Below are positions 1-12,417 of a DNA stretch of 64,000 bases, piece after piece. A model generated the notes under the pieces. It was not told where the DNA came from, made no database searches, and saw only the letters and a program-made list of their open reading frames with translations. Numbering within the stretch: the first letter of the stretch is position 1; the number at the start of each line of letters is the position of its first letter. The translations under genes were made by a program, and so were the position numbers. Source of the DNA: Phoronis australis (lineage: Eukaryota; Animalia; Phoronida); the NCBI GenBank assembly GCA_002633005.1, contig NMRA01000298.1:171887-235886 (forward strand), in the 5' to 3' direction.

Positions 1-457
1 ATTGAAAGCGTAATTTTGCCATCACACTTTCCCCAATAACTTTCGAGCGTAATTTTTCGGTGACACTTTTGCCATTATGAGGCTCTCTTATGATGTTTTG
101 AATTGGTATCAATCTTGCTTAATCGTATTAGCACCACAAAGTGTGTTGCAATTGACACGTGATTTTAATTCTTTTGCCCTCATGTTCTTTTTCGTCATAA
201 CATTTGCACGTCATTAGGTTATGGGATGTCATTGGTGTATATGAACTGACAATCATCATACATGTACAATGCTGTAGAACGAGAACGTACAGATAAAACC
301 ACCCGAGTGTTGCACTGACGTGCAACGCCATTACAGTCTTTTGTGATTTTAGGTAGCCGTCAAAACATTCAAAATGCAAAAATATATAGACGGCATTCTT
401 CGCAAACCATTTTTGGAATTGTATTGATATTTGCTTTTCCGGTTTGATTAGCGCCTT

Positions 458-501
458 CCTCACGCTTCCCTCACGCTTACCTCACGCTTTCCTCACGCCT
501 T
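458..501. repeat. 11-bp tandem repeat, 4 units
   Basis: CCTCACGCTTN units at 458, 469, 480 and 491 (last unit CCTCACGCCTT). A degenerate array of the same CTCACGC motif with about 11-bp period lies at 5720-5840. Confidence 0.75.
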
Positions 502-2739
502 TGGTGCATTTAGCTGTGGTAACATACGGTACCATGATGGTGCACCGGACTAATAAAAATATCATTTAGACCTGCATGTACAGGGGACGTTGTTCGTGTA
601 GCTGTCGAGTAATCCGTTGTTTCGGCATTTTATACAACTTAGTTACGACAAACTCCGCATTTTCTCGCATTCGTCATACAAACGAACTCCTTTAACTCGC
701 GTGGCGTTACATTTATGTTGTCCAATTTACCACTGTGAATCCTGTCCCATCAACGACTTACCGTGGTTAGTAAAGATTTAGACCATTTTAATGGCCAAAG
801 GTAAAGAATAACAAACGCAACCCTCTACACTCTTTCACAGCTTAAACGGCTGCAGTCTTGACGAAACCCATTACTGCTGGATATTTATTTCGCCCTAAAA
901 ATAGCCTACCCATGTTGCTTGCGCACTCATGTAATCGGTCTCCGTGGATTCTTGCACCGAACTCAATGGAACAGAAAATTTCAGTTAGGTTGCGTGACGA
1001 CACGTAGCATCACGATGTCCTTCTGCGAGTGCATAATAAGTCCCAACCCCTAGTGCGGGTTTACATGTATTTGTAGCCCCATCCCAGTATTTCGTGCTCA
1101 TGTAGTCTACCTGTCTGACTCGTCAAATGGTCGTGTTCACTTTTACCGCATGGCGGAATTCGGTATAAATGCGCGTAGAATTCACGTGCTATGCTGTGGT
1201 TTATCGTGAAGACAATTGAATACTTCCTTTACACACGTGTGTCAACATTGATGTACCTTTATTTGAAAAGCAAATACATACAAGTGAGAAGTTGAGTACG
1301 GCGTTGTTTCATAAAGTGACATAAGATTTGAGAAAGGTATTTGGCTTTTCGACCCACTTAAGGATTTCGGAAAAATAGTCGAAACTCACCTGAGCAAAAT
1401 TCTATGAGAAAATACTTGTCACTCTTAGTTGCTGAGAAAGTTTTTGTAAATTAGTTTTCGACTGTGATGCGCTCATAATAAGTTGACTAAAATTGTATAC
1501 ATCAATAGTGAAATGGGAGCGTAAAACCGTCAAGTGTGTCCTTTATGAAACGTACCCAGGAACCGCGTGCATGTGTCAACAGAAAAAAAATTGTAGAGTA
1601 GGACTATTGTGGAATGCCACACAACTGGTTGCATGTCACTGACTTCTGCCTTTCGTTGTATACATTGACAAGTGATTACTTAAACATGTTGGTGTTGCTG
1701 CTTGAATAGCCAATATACTGTAACTGGAAACTTGGTCAAGCTGTCCCATCACACGTTCAGTTGTTAATTACGCTGTATTCTATGTTACTGAAGGTTACCT
1801 GATTGGAAAGTGAAATCTAATGAAACCGTCACTGTTATTGAAAAAACACACATCTTTAGTTTATATGATTCTATTCTGTAGACAAATTACTAGTGGTAAA
1901 TCCCCGGGGGGGGGGGGTGAATTACAGTTCAAAAAAGCTAGTTGAAAAGCTGGCTAATAGAAAAGTTCGCGTACAATTTTCATCGTGGTTTATCCAATAA
2001 AAGACAGGCAGTTAGCTATGTGATAAATACGCAGCAAGATTCAGAAGTCATTTCACCTAAAATATCTGATATTTTAATGATATCCGTGAAAAACATAATA
2101 ATTTTGGTGCGTTGTGTATACAGTGCTAAGAGTCATAGAAAATAGACAGGTTTAATATAGCTTACATTAAACCGAAAACCAATAATGATAAGTAACTAAG
2201 AGGGGCAATAGAACACCCACTATAGTAATAAAATTACAAATTGACACACTGGTGGACGACAAAAGGCCGAGTAATCTAAGGATTGATACGTTTAAAACAT
2301 CGAATGCACTTGATAACAAATATTTGATTTGGAATTATAGAGAGTACAACTGAATATGCAATTTTTTTCAAAAAATCAAAATTATCAAGTGATCAGGTAG
2401 CTTTATTATTCATGGACACATACCTAGGCATTACAAACAAACTCCCGGTGCAATAATGGGAGAAACTATAATAAGGTACAGATTAAGAATGATATAACTT
2501 AAACTTTAAATGGTTGGCTCAACAAAGGAAAAAACGAATGAATACGTTATGCATTATATTATACTAAGAGAAAAAAAAACATTTAAAAAGTAAAAAAGAT
2601 CTAAAAATAAAGAAGAAAAATGGCTGGGCAGGCAAAATTATATTGTTTTATGATTGAAGTTTATTAGGAAGCGCAGGGAAACAAGAATCAGGGTTATAGG
2701 TAAGACACATATCTCTCACACGTTTAAATTTTTAAAAAT

Positions 2740-3250
2740 TTAGCGACGGTGAGATGCACAGATTCTGCAGTTTGATATAGAACATTTTTCTGAATAGTTT
2801 TGTAACAGGTGAATTTTTGTGGCTGAGGAGAAGGCACGAATGGAGTGAGTAAATATCTTTTCAATTATGTTTCTGGAATAATTTGACGATTAATTAATAA
2901 GCTCTGGAAGAATGTTGCAGAGGCTCTTGGCTTGAGTGAGGGTATTGGTGATTACGGATTGAGCGGTGGAAATGTTACACAAAATCGGCGTATCTTGAGG
3001 GGACATTTCTTTAACGCTTGGATGAATCAAGATTGATATCATAATGAGAACCTGAGAAATGTGGGATAAGAGCTTATTACAATACTTTTAGAAAAATCTT
3101 TGACAGGGAATATGAAAATGTCGTTTTAGGAAAGAATATTCAGAGACCGAAAAAGGAGTCAGTATGAGATAGGAAGCATGATGAGGTATATTTCGAACAG
3201 CAAGTTTTTGTAATACTTGCAGTCCACGGCAGTTGTGGAAACCGCAGCAT
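2740..3250 (-). mobile_element. 3' end of ORF2 of a decayed CR1/L2-like LINE
   Basis: Frameshifted translation QVLQKLAVRNI...SHTDSFF..NILS...IEKIFTHSIRAFSSATKIHLLQNYSEKCSISNCRICASHRR-stop, typical of the post-RT C-terminus ending in CxxxxCxxC. Confidence 0.7.
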
Positions 3251-3399
3251 GTTACGTACAGCATAAGGTAAGTGTGTTAAAGTGAGAGTTTTATAAATCA
3301 AAAGGAAAACAGGTTGAAACGTTCCCTTTAACTTGTGCAGTAGGCTACACCACATGTTTCATCAGTCCTGTAGACTCGTCCTCGTGCAAAAGTGACGGG

Positions 3400-5610
3400 A
3401 AGTATCATTGTTACTATTCTTTCAAATACGGACATTGCCTATTAACAGACACGATGTTGACTAAAAACCTACTAGAAACAGTTCTGTTTACTATTTTTAA
3501 ATCAGATGCATTCAGATACAAATTACTGACGTACTTTCAAAATCTCTGGAAGAATTTGTGAACAAAATGCAGGAACAATTCATAAAGTAAAGTCCAAAAA
3601 CCTAGGAAAGTGGCCAACTAAACTACGAATTGTCACAGCTTCACGAGAAATCTAACCAAAATTGCTAACCTAATGATGGAATTAGATGATCTAAAACAGT
3701 TTACCCGTCTAAACTGTTTACTGGTTACTGGCGTCATGAAAATGTGAAACGACAATACGGACAAGCATGTAATGGATATTGTTCGCAAACTTAACCTACA
3801 TGTATATAACGTCATCACGGAAAAACCTTTACCGCAGTCATCGACTTGCAGACAGAATTGTTGTTAAATTTACTACCTACAATGCTCGTCAAGCATTTTC
3901 TAATAAGATAAAAGAAATAGGCCGCAGCATTTTTGTCAAAGAATACCTCACGAAAGAGCAAAGCGAACTCCTCTTTCAATGTTGACAGATGAAACAGGAA
4001 AGATACAAGCTACCGGCCTACTGCGCAGATGGTTCAATGCAGACGAGAGTCAACCACAAAACCGAGCAGAAATTTGGCGACGTGAATGAACTGATAATCC
4101 CTAGAGAATAATTAACTGAGAGCAACTCATAGTGCCAGTCAAGTAACTTTTCTTTACAAGAACTCCGCGCATCGGTATTTCCACTTCATTGGTATTGCGT
4201 AAGTAATGTACAGTATCAATAACTGACTGGCTCGCACTTTTGTGTGCCTATTTACGTAAACACCTAATCTAATCACTGGATGATTCAACCAATTATGTTT
4301 CCTTTTAAGTTTCCTACTTCATACTACACTAATTTTTCGATGTTAGTTTGTCTTAATAGTATGTATAGAATGTATATTTTCGTTAATCTCAATAGCAGAC
4401 CGCAAGCATTCACTTTTCAATTTGGCATGGCATTGTTGAAGAGCAGCGCAGTTGTGTCATTTCGTCCAACGTGAATGAACCCAATAACATGATAGGTGTC
4501 ATGTCTTTAGATTCAAAAGAGGTGTTAAACGCCTATGGTGGAAACGACAATTACAACATCATTGACATACCTAATTGACAAACTGAGACTGAATGATGAA
4601 GACAGTTTCAACAACGTGCGTATACTATGATACCAGTGGTTTCAAGAAATACCTTAAAGTAAATATGATAAGTTTTGCAAAATAAGTGTCAATATACAGT
4701 CTATCTCTTCCAGGTTTGCAGAATTTCAGGAAATGATTCATGAAGCACACAAGTGTATTGACATCAACTGCCTCCAGGAAACCTGGTTAAGCGATAATGA
4801 TAATCCGAATTTATTTCTACTTTCGGGGTATTATAATTGCATCAATGCCATCTCACGAGTCTTGTTCTCGTCAGAAAGACCTCATCACATATTAAGAAGG
4901 TCACTAGGCTTAACAGTTTTACTTCATGGGAAGGACTAATAGCGCATGTAAGAACGCCTGAGAATAAAACATTGACTATGGTTGATGTTTACTGACCACC
5001 CACAAATGAATTCAGACACGAAAATCTATTCCTCAATGAATATACGTACCCTTGAAGAAACCAATCTGTCTTCATACACAAAGAAATAATTATGTGGGGG
5101 ACTTCAACTTCGACTTTAAAAGCTTAAACCCCAATATGAAACTTTATGAATTTTTTGATGCAATGATAGCCAGTCTCAGGCCGGAATTCTATTCTGACCA
5201 TTGCCTAACCTTCATTATAATTGACACCAAAACAAACCATAAACCTCGAGTACCCAGGCACTTACATTGAAACACATACTTCATTGAATGAACGGTCAAT
5301 AGATGACCTCAAATAACAATTAATAAATGACTAACTCATACTGAATGAGGGTAACGAAGTTACATATATTACAACATTTTCTCTCAAGCTGGAACTGAAA
5401 CAATGAACAAACACTTGCCCTCAAAACCAAAAAATAAAATCAACAAACATCGGAATAAACTAACGGATGACAAGTGGCATTCTGTTATTGATATTTAAAG
5501 ACAAAGTGTATAGACAACGTATCTCCACACCTAAAGCGGGTTCTCAAGTTCAGTCAGAAATCTACACAAAACAATATAGTTGTTTACTATATGACTCTAG
5601 CACTGAGAAA
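3400..5610 (+). mobile_element. 5' half of a decayed CR1/L2-like LINE (ORF1 plus APE endonuclease, no RT domain)
   Basis: ORF1 relic LDDLKQFTRLNCLLVTGV...YRSHRL..RIVVKF...IFVKEYLTK. Endonuclease motifs SVNIQS, CLQETWL, VGDFN, SDH, then the MTSGIL...KDKVY linker. Many stops and frameshifts. Confidence 0.8.
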
Positions 5611-6582
5611 AAAATCTTCTTGAAATGCGATACAGCACTTTGTTCAAGTTGCGCTAAACAAGTGAGAATAGCAATTACGATTGTGCCGACTATAGAGAAG
5701 GCAGAAAAACTCAAGCATGGCTCACGCTTAACTCACACCTGGCTCACAGTCTGCTCGCGCTTCGTTCACGCCCAACTCATGGTAAGCTCTGGGCACAGTC
5801 ACGCTTAAGCTCACGCCAGTTGTCACGGTCGACTCAGGCCTCACTCTCCGATCCGTCTCCGGTCTGAGTCACGTCTAGCCAAGCGTGAGCTAGACTGGAG
5901 AAAGTCTAATAATTCAGTGGCTGTACTGTAGTATGTATCAGTAGAAAGCCTTCGTTTACACAAACTGAGTTAAAGACCCCGCTAGATTTCTTGTGAGCGA
6001 GCTTGATACTGGTCCGTCCGTAGTTTCCGTTCTTCTGGTGTGCTACATTCATACCTCTCTTCCCGTTGTCACATGTATTTCACTGTTTAGTTCGCTCTGT
6101 ATATGTTCATTCCACTCACTGGCTTACAATGTGTCATGAAGTCACGATATATAGCTTCTGTTTTTATTCGCCTGTTTGTTATGTCTCTCGGTCTTTGTAC
6201 ATGTACCTCTGCACCAGAAGAAATGAGACTGTTCCAAAATTAGGAACGTACCAGTATCGAGCTCGCTAACAAGAAATCTATTCGTGTCTTTAGCGAAGTT
6301 CATTATATCCATTATATACCTTTGTGGAAAGCACCAACTGGAAGCACCAACATTCGATAGCAATGTGGAATTGTTAAAAACAGTTCACAAAAGTAATTAA
6401 ATATCACGTACTCTCACAGGTTTCCCTAAAATCTGTTTGTACTATCTGAGATATGATGTTCTAGAGTTACCCGTAATATTTGCGTTTTCTTAGGATTACT
6501 CCGGACCTGAACAGTGCCCTATTATAAGTGATTAAACCTACACAGTATAGCAACTGTTTCAACATTAAACGACTGTACTTAC

Positions 6583-6784
6583 TTCCGCCGGTGCCGTCAT
6601 AGGTAAGATCAACAACATTCGTGTCCATGTGAGCGTAAATACCGTCTATGGCACCAGGGCTTGAACAGTCGTGACCGTCAAACCGCACCGTGTAGCGTAG
6701 TGCGCCTTCTGGGTAAATGCAGATGTTGGCTAGGAACAGAACTCGTATGGCGGTGTCCGTTGCTCTTTTGTAGTAATAGAACGT
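6583..6784 (-). CDS. Gene A exon 8: core of CTHRC1-type domain 2; gene continues beyond the left edge
   Basis: 202 nt, phase 0 to 1: TFYYYKRATDTAIRVLFLANICIYPEGALRYTVRFDGHDCSSPGAIDGIYAHMDTNVVDLTYDGTGG. Window positions 1-440 are homologous to gene B intron 49370-49790, so the next exon is expected a few hundred bases outside the window. Confidence 0.88.
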
Positions 6785-9193
6785 CTGAAATTAATAGGTT
6801 ATCGGCGTTCTCAAAGGAAAATGCGACCCGATTTAAATATTATTAGAACCGCCTTGATCTGTCTATATCCGAATCACCTCGTGGACAGACGATCTCACCT
6901 CGCCGAAAGATATCGCGTTAACCTGTGAAGAAGGTGATTACACGACGCAGCTACGCCAGTGGTTCTTCAGCTGAGTGTGTGCCGCTATGTTGGGGCGCAT
7001 TGTTCCTGTTTGTGCGAAGCATGACGCTGTGAGGATAGCGGGTATATTGTTTTCTTCGATTTCTTCGAGATCCCGAAATGCTTCGGAAGTGGTTCCCGGC
7101 AGTAAAAAATGAAAAGTACACCGTTAATACGAATCACGAAGCCTTGAATTATCTCCGTGTCTCTGGCCGTCAATGTTCCGTTTCAAAATGAGTTGTTCCC
7201 ATCCTAACCTAAATGTAATGTTTATGCAAAACTGAAAAAAAGCTCTGTCTCAGTAGTGTTCGTGAGAACAAATATTTTGAGACTGACATCAACAATAAAG
7301 AGATAACATACTGAGTCACTGGCTTGACTGAGATTCAATAAAACTAATTTCCCACCGTGTGAGCGCATACTGATTCAGTTTTTTCTGACAGAAGGACTTA
7401 GTGAAAATATAACTCCATTTCATGTGCTAAGGTCAGATGTTAGTAGAATTTTTATTTATTTACATAGATGTATATACACTATTCAAATCACTGTTATTGT
7501 ACCACTTTTTCCTGCATGGTTCTGTGGAAAGTGAGCGGTCCCCGACGAGTAAGTAGAATTGTAATTTCGCGGCGATATCACCAAAATATTCACAAGCACA
7601 TTATTCTTTGGTTCCCTAGACTAGTGTTTTTGTGACTGGAAGTTTAGTTTACGACTTTCGTAGCCGACTAACCCGGCTGTTTGATGTTCGGGTTCCGAAC
7701 TGCTGGGTTATAGCGAGCGTTTTGTGTTTAGAACTGAAAAAATCGCAAGTCTAAAAATACAACACACGTCTATGCTCTACTGTCTGTATTTGACGGAAGA
7801 ATAAGTCGAATTCATCATCAATCAGACCTTGGTAAATTGGCCTGCAAAACTAGGCAATGGTGTGTTAAAATTTTTTTATCAGTTCGTAAGAGCGAAATAC
7901 ATGTAACAACTCATTTGCTTAAGAACCCAATGTATTTGCGAGATTATTACATCGGCTATTAATGATTTATTGGTGTAAAACAATGAATTCAAACTATACG
8001 CTGACACCAATAAACGTCTTGCGAACTGTTGAGCAGACTGTGTTACAACATGTGACGTCATAGGTCAGCAACTCGTCCGCCGTCGTCCTTTAGCGATACA
8101 GTTTAAAGTGTTTAGTATTGACAAAGGTGTCCCATCAACGATTTCTAGTGAGGGAAATGAGCCATATATTGTATACATGTAAAAGTTTTGTGCAAAAGAA
8201 TGGATCGTGATACACGTAGAACCGATAGTAGCCTGTTTCTAAGTCAGCAGTCCTGTCGACTTTATATTACACAGTTTGACAAGAATTTTCAATCACCTGA
8301 CTTTACAAAAATAACTTCACTCTTCTTGTTTATTTAATCTTTTACCGTGGTTACTTTAGAGAATATTTCAGAAGAAATGACCTCTGTGTATAGGATGATG
8401 TGTCTCACTCATCAGAACACTTTTCTTCCTCTGAGATGACTTTTTGAACAGGCCATCCCTTTTGGATCTCGAAATGGTAGCAACAATGTCTTTCTTGTTA
8501 TTAGAGAATGTGTCCATTGGTTTGAGTGGTGCTTGTTGCTTTTGAAAAATACGCTGGATCAATGCCCTCGATTGTAGTAAACAAGTATTGGTTATGGGCG
8601 TTATTTGGGGATCACGTAGAATATTGAAATATACGTTTGTAGGACCTTATCGACAAGTCCGTGTATTGAACCCAATATCAGCAAAACCCTTGTCTTTAAC
8701 TCAATGAAAGTGTACATTTTTGAAAGAAGAAAGGTTTCGACATTTAATCAATCTGTCGCTAGTTGGGTTACTGGACTGTATCTTTTTATTAAAATCGAGC
8801 GCAAATGAAAGGTATATTCATAGCAGAACAAGGTTAAATGCGAAATCTGAAAAACTCTGAAGCTTTCTTAACATACTTTCAGTTTCACGAAATGCAATTT
8901 TCAATCTTTTCACAAAGGTAATTAAAGTCATATTTTGATACCCCTCATTCAAAGGTGAAACAATTCAAAAAATTCTAACTGGATGTTGGAGAATGCTGCA
9001 CGAACGATATCATCTTTACGTTACCTATGAATCCAGTCAGCAATATCTGAGATATGATGTTCCTAAGTTATCAAAATCTGGACATCTCCCTAGGGTTCTA
9101 TAAAGCCTGAACTCCACTTCATTAAGGCATGCCTGATGACACAGGGCTGTTCACAATATGATGAAGTATTCAACGACTGTTGTTAGCTAAGGA

Positions 9194-9332
9194 CATGGGC
9201 AGCGCACCATAGGGTGCTGGAGGGTTATAGCCCCACTTTTTCAGTGCTGCGTCGTCCGTGGTCTATGGCAGATGCACAACAGGGTGGCTGGAGGGGCTTT
9301 AACTCCCCAGTTAATTCAGTGCGGCGCCCATG
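9194..9332. mobile_element. 139-bp MITE with 14-bp TIR and probable 5-bp TSD
   Basis: CATGGGCAGCGCAC ... GTGCGGCGCCCATG, flanked by AAGGA and AATGA. The paralogous site near 51645-51660 is empty (GCT-AATCA-TTACTTAC). Confidence 0.7.
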
Positions 9333-9345
9333 AATGAGTACTTAC

Positions 9346-9428
9346 GTAAATATGACCATTGTCATCCCCCCTTACACCAGTCCACGTGAACTGCTTGATG
9401 TTTAATCGTGATAACTTCGGACAGGTTC
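9346..9428 (-). CDS. Gene A exon 7: start of CTHRC1-type domain 2
   Basis: 83 nt, phase 1 to 0: (G)TCPKLSRLNIKQFTWTGVRGDDNGHIY, compare CTHRC1 NYKQCSW...DLGKI. Acceptor is AAG (CAG in paralog), donor GTAAG. Confidence 0.87.
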
Positions 9429-9599
9429 CTTGAAGGAAAAATACATGTATTACGCACAGTTTAAACATACGGAAAAGTAGGCTATAAATAAGAAACGGCA
9501 TACCATTATCTTGAACTGTTCACTGACGAAGGCAGTTACCAATCCCGATGGTCTTAAATACAATTTGTTTTCCTTAAAAAGTAAACTAGCAACAAAACT

Positions 9600-11060
9600 G
9601 CATAAAAAGTTTTCCCTCCAAACCAGAACCCAACCTTGTCCTTGTTTTGGAGTTTGGTCTTAGAAAGCATTCATGTGAGCCCTGTATGACAGACTGAGGG
9701 GAGAGTTGACAGTCAAGGAACAGGCGGTGTCGGAGGTTTGAACAAGAACTCCTCAAATAAGAAAACCAAAACAATGTGGATTTCACAGTTTCAAGGCTAG
9801 GTTGGACTTGGCAATAAAGCCGTGCTTCATCGAACAAAGTGACNNNNNNNNNNNNNNNNNNNNNNNNNNNNNNNNNNNNNNNNNNNNNNNNNNNNNNNNN
9901 NNNNNNNNNNNNNNNNNNNNNNNNNNNNNNNNNNNNNNNNNNNNNNNNNNNNNNNNNNNNNNNNNNNNNNNNNNNNNNNNNNNNNNNNNNNNNNNNNNNN
10001 NNNNNNNNNNNNNNNNNNNNNNNNNNNNNNNCATTGTAGCTCCAATCGCATAGAACAACACTTTTGATAGTACAGTAAAAAATCTTGACTTGGCTAAACA
10101 ACTGGTATATAAAATAGGTACAACTAAATTTATTAAAACAATTCGTTGTTAACTACGTTACTGTTGGTAGTCACCAGGTGGTGCTCTTACAGACAAAACC
10201 AAAGGCATTCACATATACCCGGGGGTCCTTCCGTAGAGGGTCGAATAGCCCCAAGAAAGTCTAATTTTTCACACCAAGATCTCCAGGAAACGGTGACATT
10301 TGTCGGATTTTACTGACTAATGGTCGATGTTTAATCTTGGATTCCTCAAAAGGTGCAAATGTTTTGCAAATCAGCTCTCAAACGTGCACGCATTTGCACG
10401 TTATGCGTAATATGGATATAATACTTATACGTTTCTCCCTCTAAATTGGCAAGTCAACAAAAGTGGCAGCCACAGTTCTGTTTCTTCAAAACAATTGATT
10501 ACCCCCAGGTTCAGATTGTGTAGTGTTGCTGACCTTCCCCAATTTGCTCGATGCTAGACATGTGTTACTCCCAGGTTCCAACATGTAATTGTGTTTCAAA
10601 ATCATTGAATTTTTAGTTTAGATAAATAATATTTTTTACTATGAAGAAGCAAAAACAGAACAACCTGTACTCACAGAAATAGACAACTGAGACAGAATCA
10701 TTGATTCTTATACATGCAGGTACTATCCAGTTTTTTAAAGATTTTAAAATATTTTTTCAGGATTCCATCCGGAATGATCAACCGTAGCAATGAAATCTTT
10801 GTAGACCTAACCAGAGACATGTTTACTCAAATTGTCAAAACAGAAGCAAAAGCTAACCTCCTTCAACATAGATACAGGACCTCAATCACCCTAGTTGTTT
10901 TAAAATTTGCAAATAATGACATGGTAGCATGCCACACGGGCTTGAGTCATACATTTTTTCAGGTTTAGAGTGTCTTTGGGGATGCTGCTTTCCATCGTTC
11001 ATAAGTGTATAAATCCATACACGTTGTTTAAGGATCTGTTGGGTGCCTCATGCACGGTTT
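9600..11060 (-). pseudogene. Possible fossil intronless LRR/Toll-like receptor gene in intron 6 (paralogous relic at about 51950-54260)
   Basis: Scattered frameshifted LRR-like words (SIPKDTL, CFDNLSK, IIPDGIL, LHNLNLG.NQL), a cap-like ICECLW and TIR-like endings. Very decayed and recognised by eye only. Confidence 0.3.
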
Positions 11061-11163
11061 CAGAGTAGGAGTGATCTTAGCCTTATCTTTGCTAGAGGTA
11101 ATTAAATCAACATTTCTGAATGAAATACAGTGTAAACAACTTTCGTAATTCACGATTTCTCAC

Positions 11164-11331
11164 CTGGACAATTTCCCCATCGTCGGTCGTTGTCATAATC
11201 AGAGGTGGTTGAACACCACGGTTGGTTATGGTTCATCATAATACAATCACTGTACGTCACGGCCTTGTAAACGAACGGAAACGTGCACGATGATCCACCA
11301 GCATTACCGCCGTAAGTTGGCAGGTTAATTT
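11164..11331 (-). CDS. Gene A exon 6: fibronectin type II (FN2) domain
   Basis: 168 nt, phase 1 to 1: GGNAGGSSCTFPFVYKAVTYSDCIMMNHNQPWCSTTSDYDNDRRWGNC, the canonical FN2 CxFPF...WCxTTxxYDxDxxWGxC signature. Not in the ORF track. Confidence 0.93.
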
Positions 11332-12417
11332 CTGCGAATTAAATGTCTTAGAAATGTAGTAAAGTAGATCCCGTGGGCGATTCAGTAATTTTGTATCACG
11401 TGTCATACTAGTGAAATTTGTTGAGCTAAACAGACAATTATGAGTGTTAAGCTTGGTCCATCAATTTTGCCGAATACAGTTTAGTTGATGGCATGTAATA
11501 AAATGAATTTGTAATCGATCAGTTAATAAAATGGTCAAGTATGGTGCCTGTGATGTGTCCTTAATCTCGAGTGGTTGTTGAACCGCGCTTCGCGGTCCAC
11601 TGACCGATTGTTTCATTCAGAGCTAGCACATGTGTAAAATGATTCCAACTTGATCAAATAAGAAGTGATTTCTGGTCTTCGAAACAACTGTCAGTTTGTT
11701 TGTTTTTTGAGATTATTTTTGGTGCACGAAGTGAAAAGCCACAACATTCGAAATTTATAACCTAACTTTTAGCAATAACGATCTGATTATTCTAACAAAT
11801 CTCTGAAATCATCGGTTCCAGTTGGAAGAACTTGACAACTTGACACAAATTTCATAACGGAATATGGTCTACATTAAAACACGTTTTTGATGAAACTGAG
11901 ATTTACAAAGCCTTAAAACTTTAATTACCAACATCTACTTAATAGGCTCTATCATTTTTGTCACTCTCCAGAGGTGTCGAAATTTTTAAAACACCTCACG
12001 ATTTTTTAAAATTACAAATTATAGCTGTATTTGGCCCTATGTACAGTGGCTGACTAATAACAAAAAATGAATTAATCCATTTATTTCCATACAGTCTCCA
12101 TGTACCGTACCTTAATAGAATTCGATTTCTCTTGCAAACAAGAATATCGATTGGGTTAGGCCAAATCCAGAATGAAACATCTAGGCATTGATAGTGACTT
12201 GGCATGGCCATCCAATTGACAATAATTTGAGATAGGGAGAGTCCAAAACGTTTTTTTAAGAATTCAATCTTCACAGCAAAACAGTGCAATACGCCACCTT
12301 AAATGCACGTTGGGGTGACGAACCTCCCTTGGCCTTCAGTTGAGTTACACAATATACGTAACAAAAGTGTTAAAACGCCTCTCAGTATCCAAAAATAGTA
12401 CTCATAGCCAAGGTTTA

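Noticed and set aside
9586-10101. Long ORFs in the track around 9.6-10.1 kb
   Set aside because: They are open only because they span the N gap at 9844-10031.
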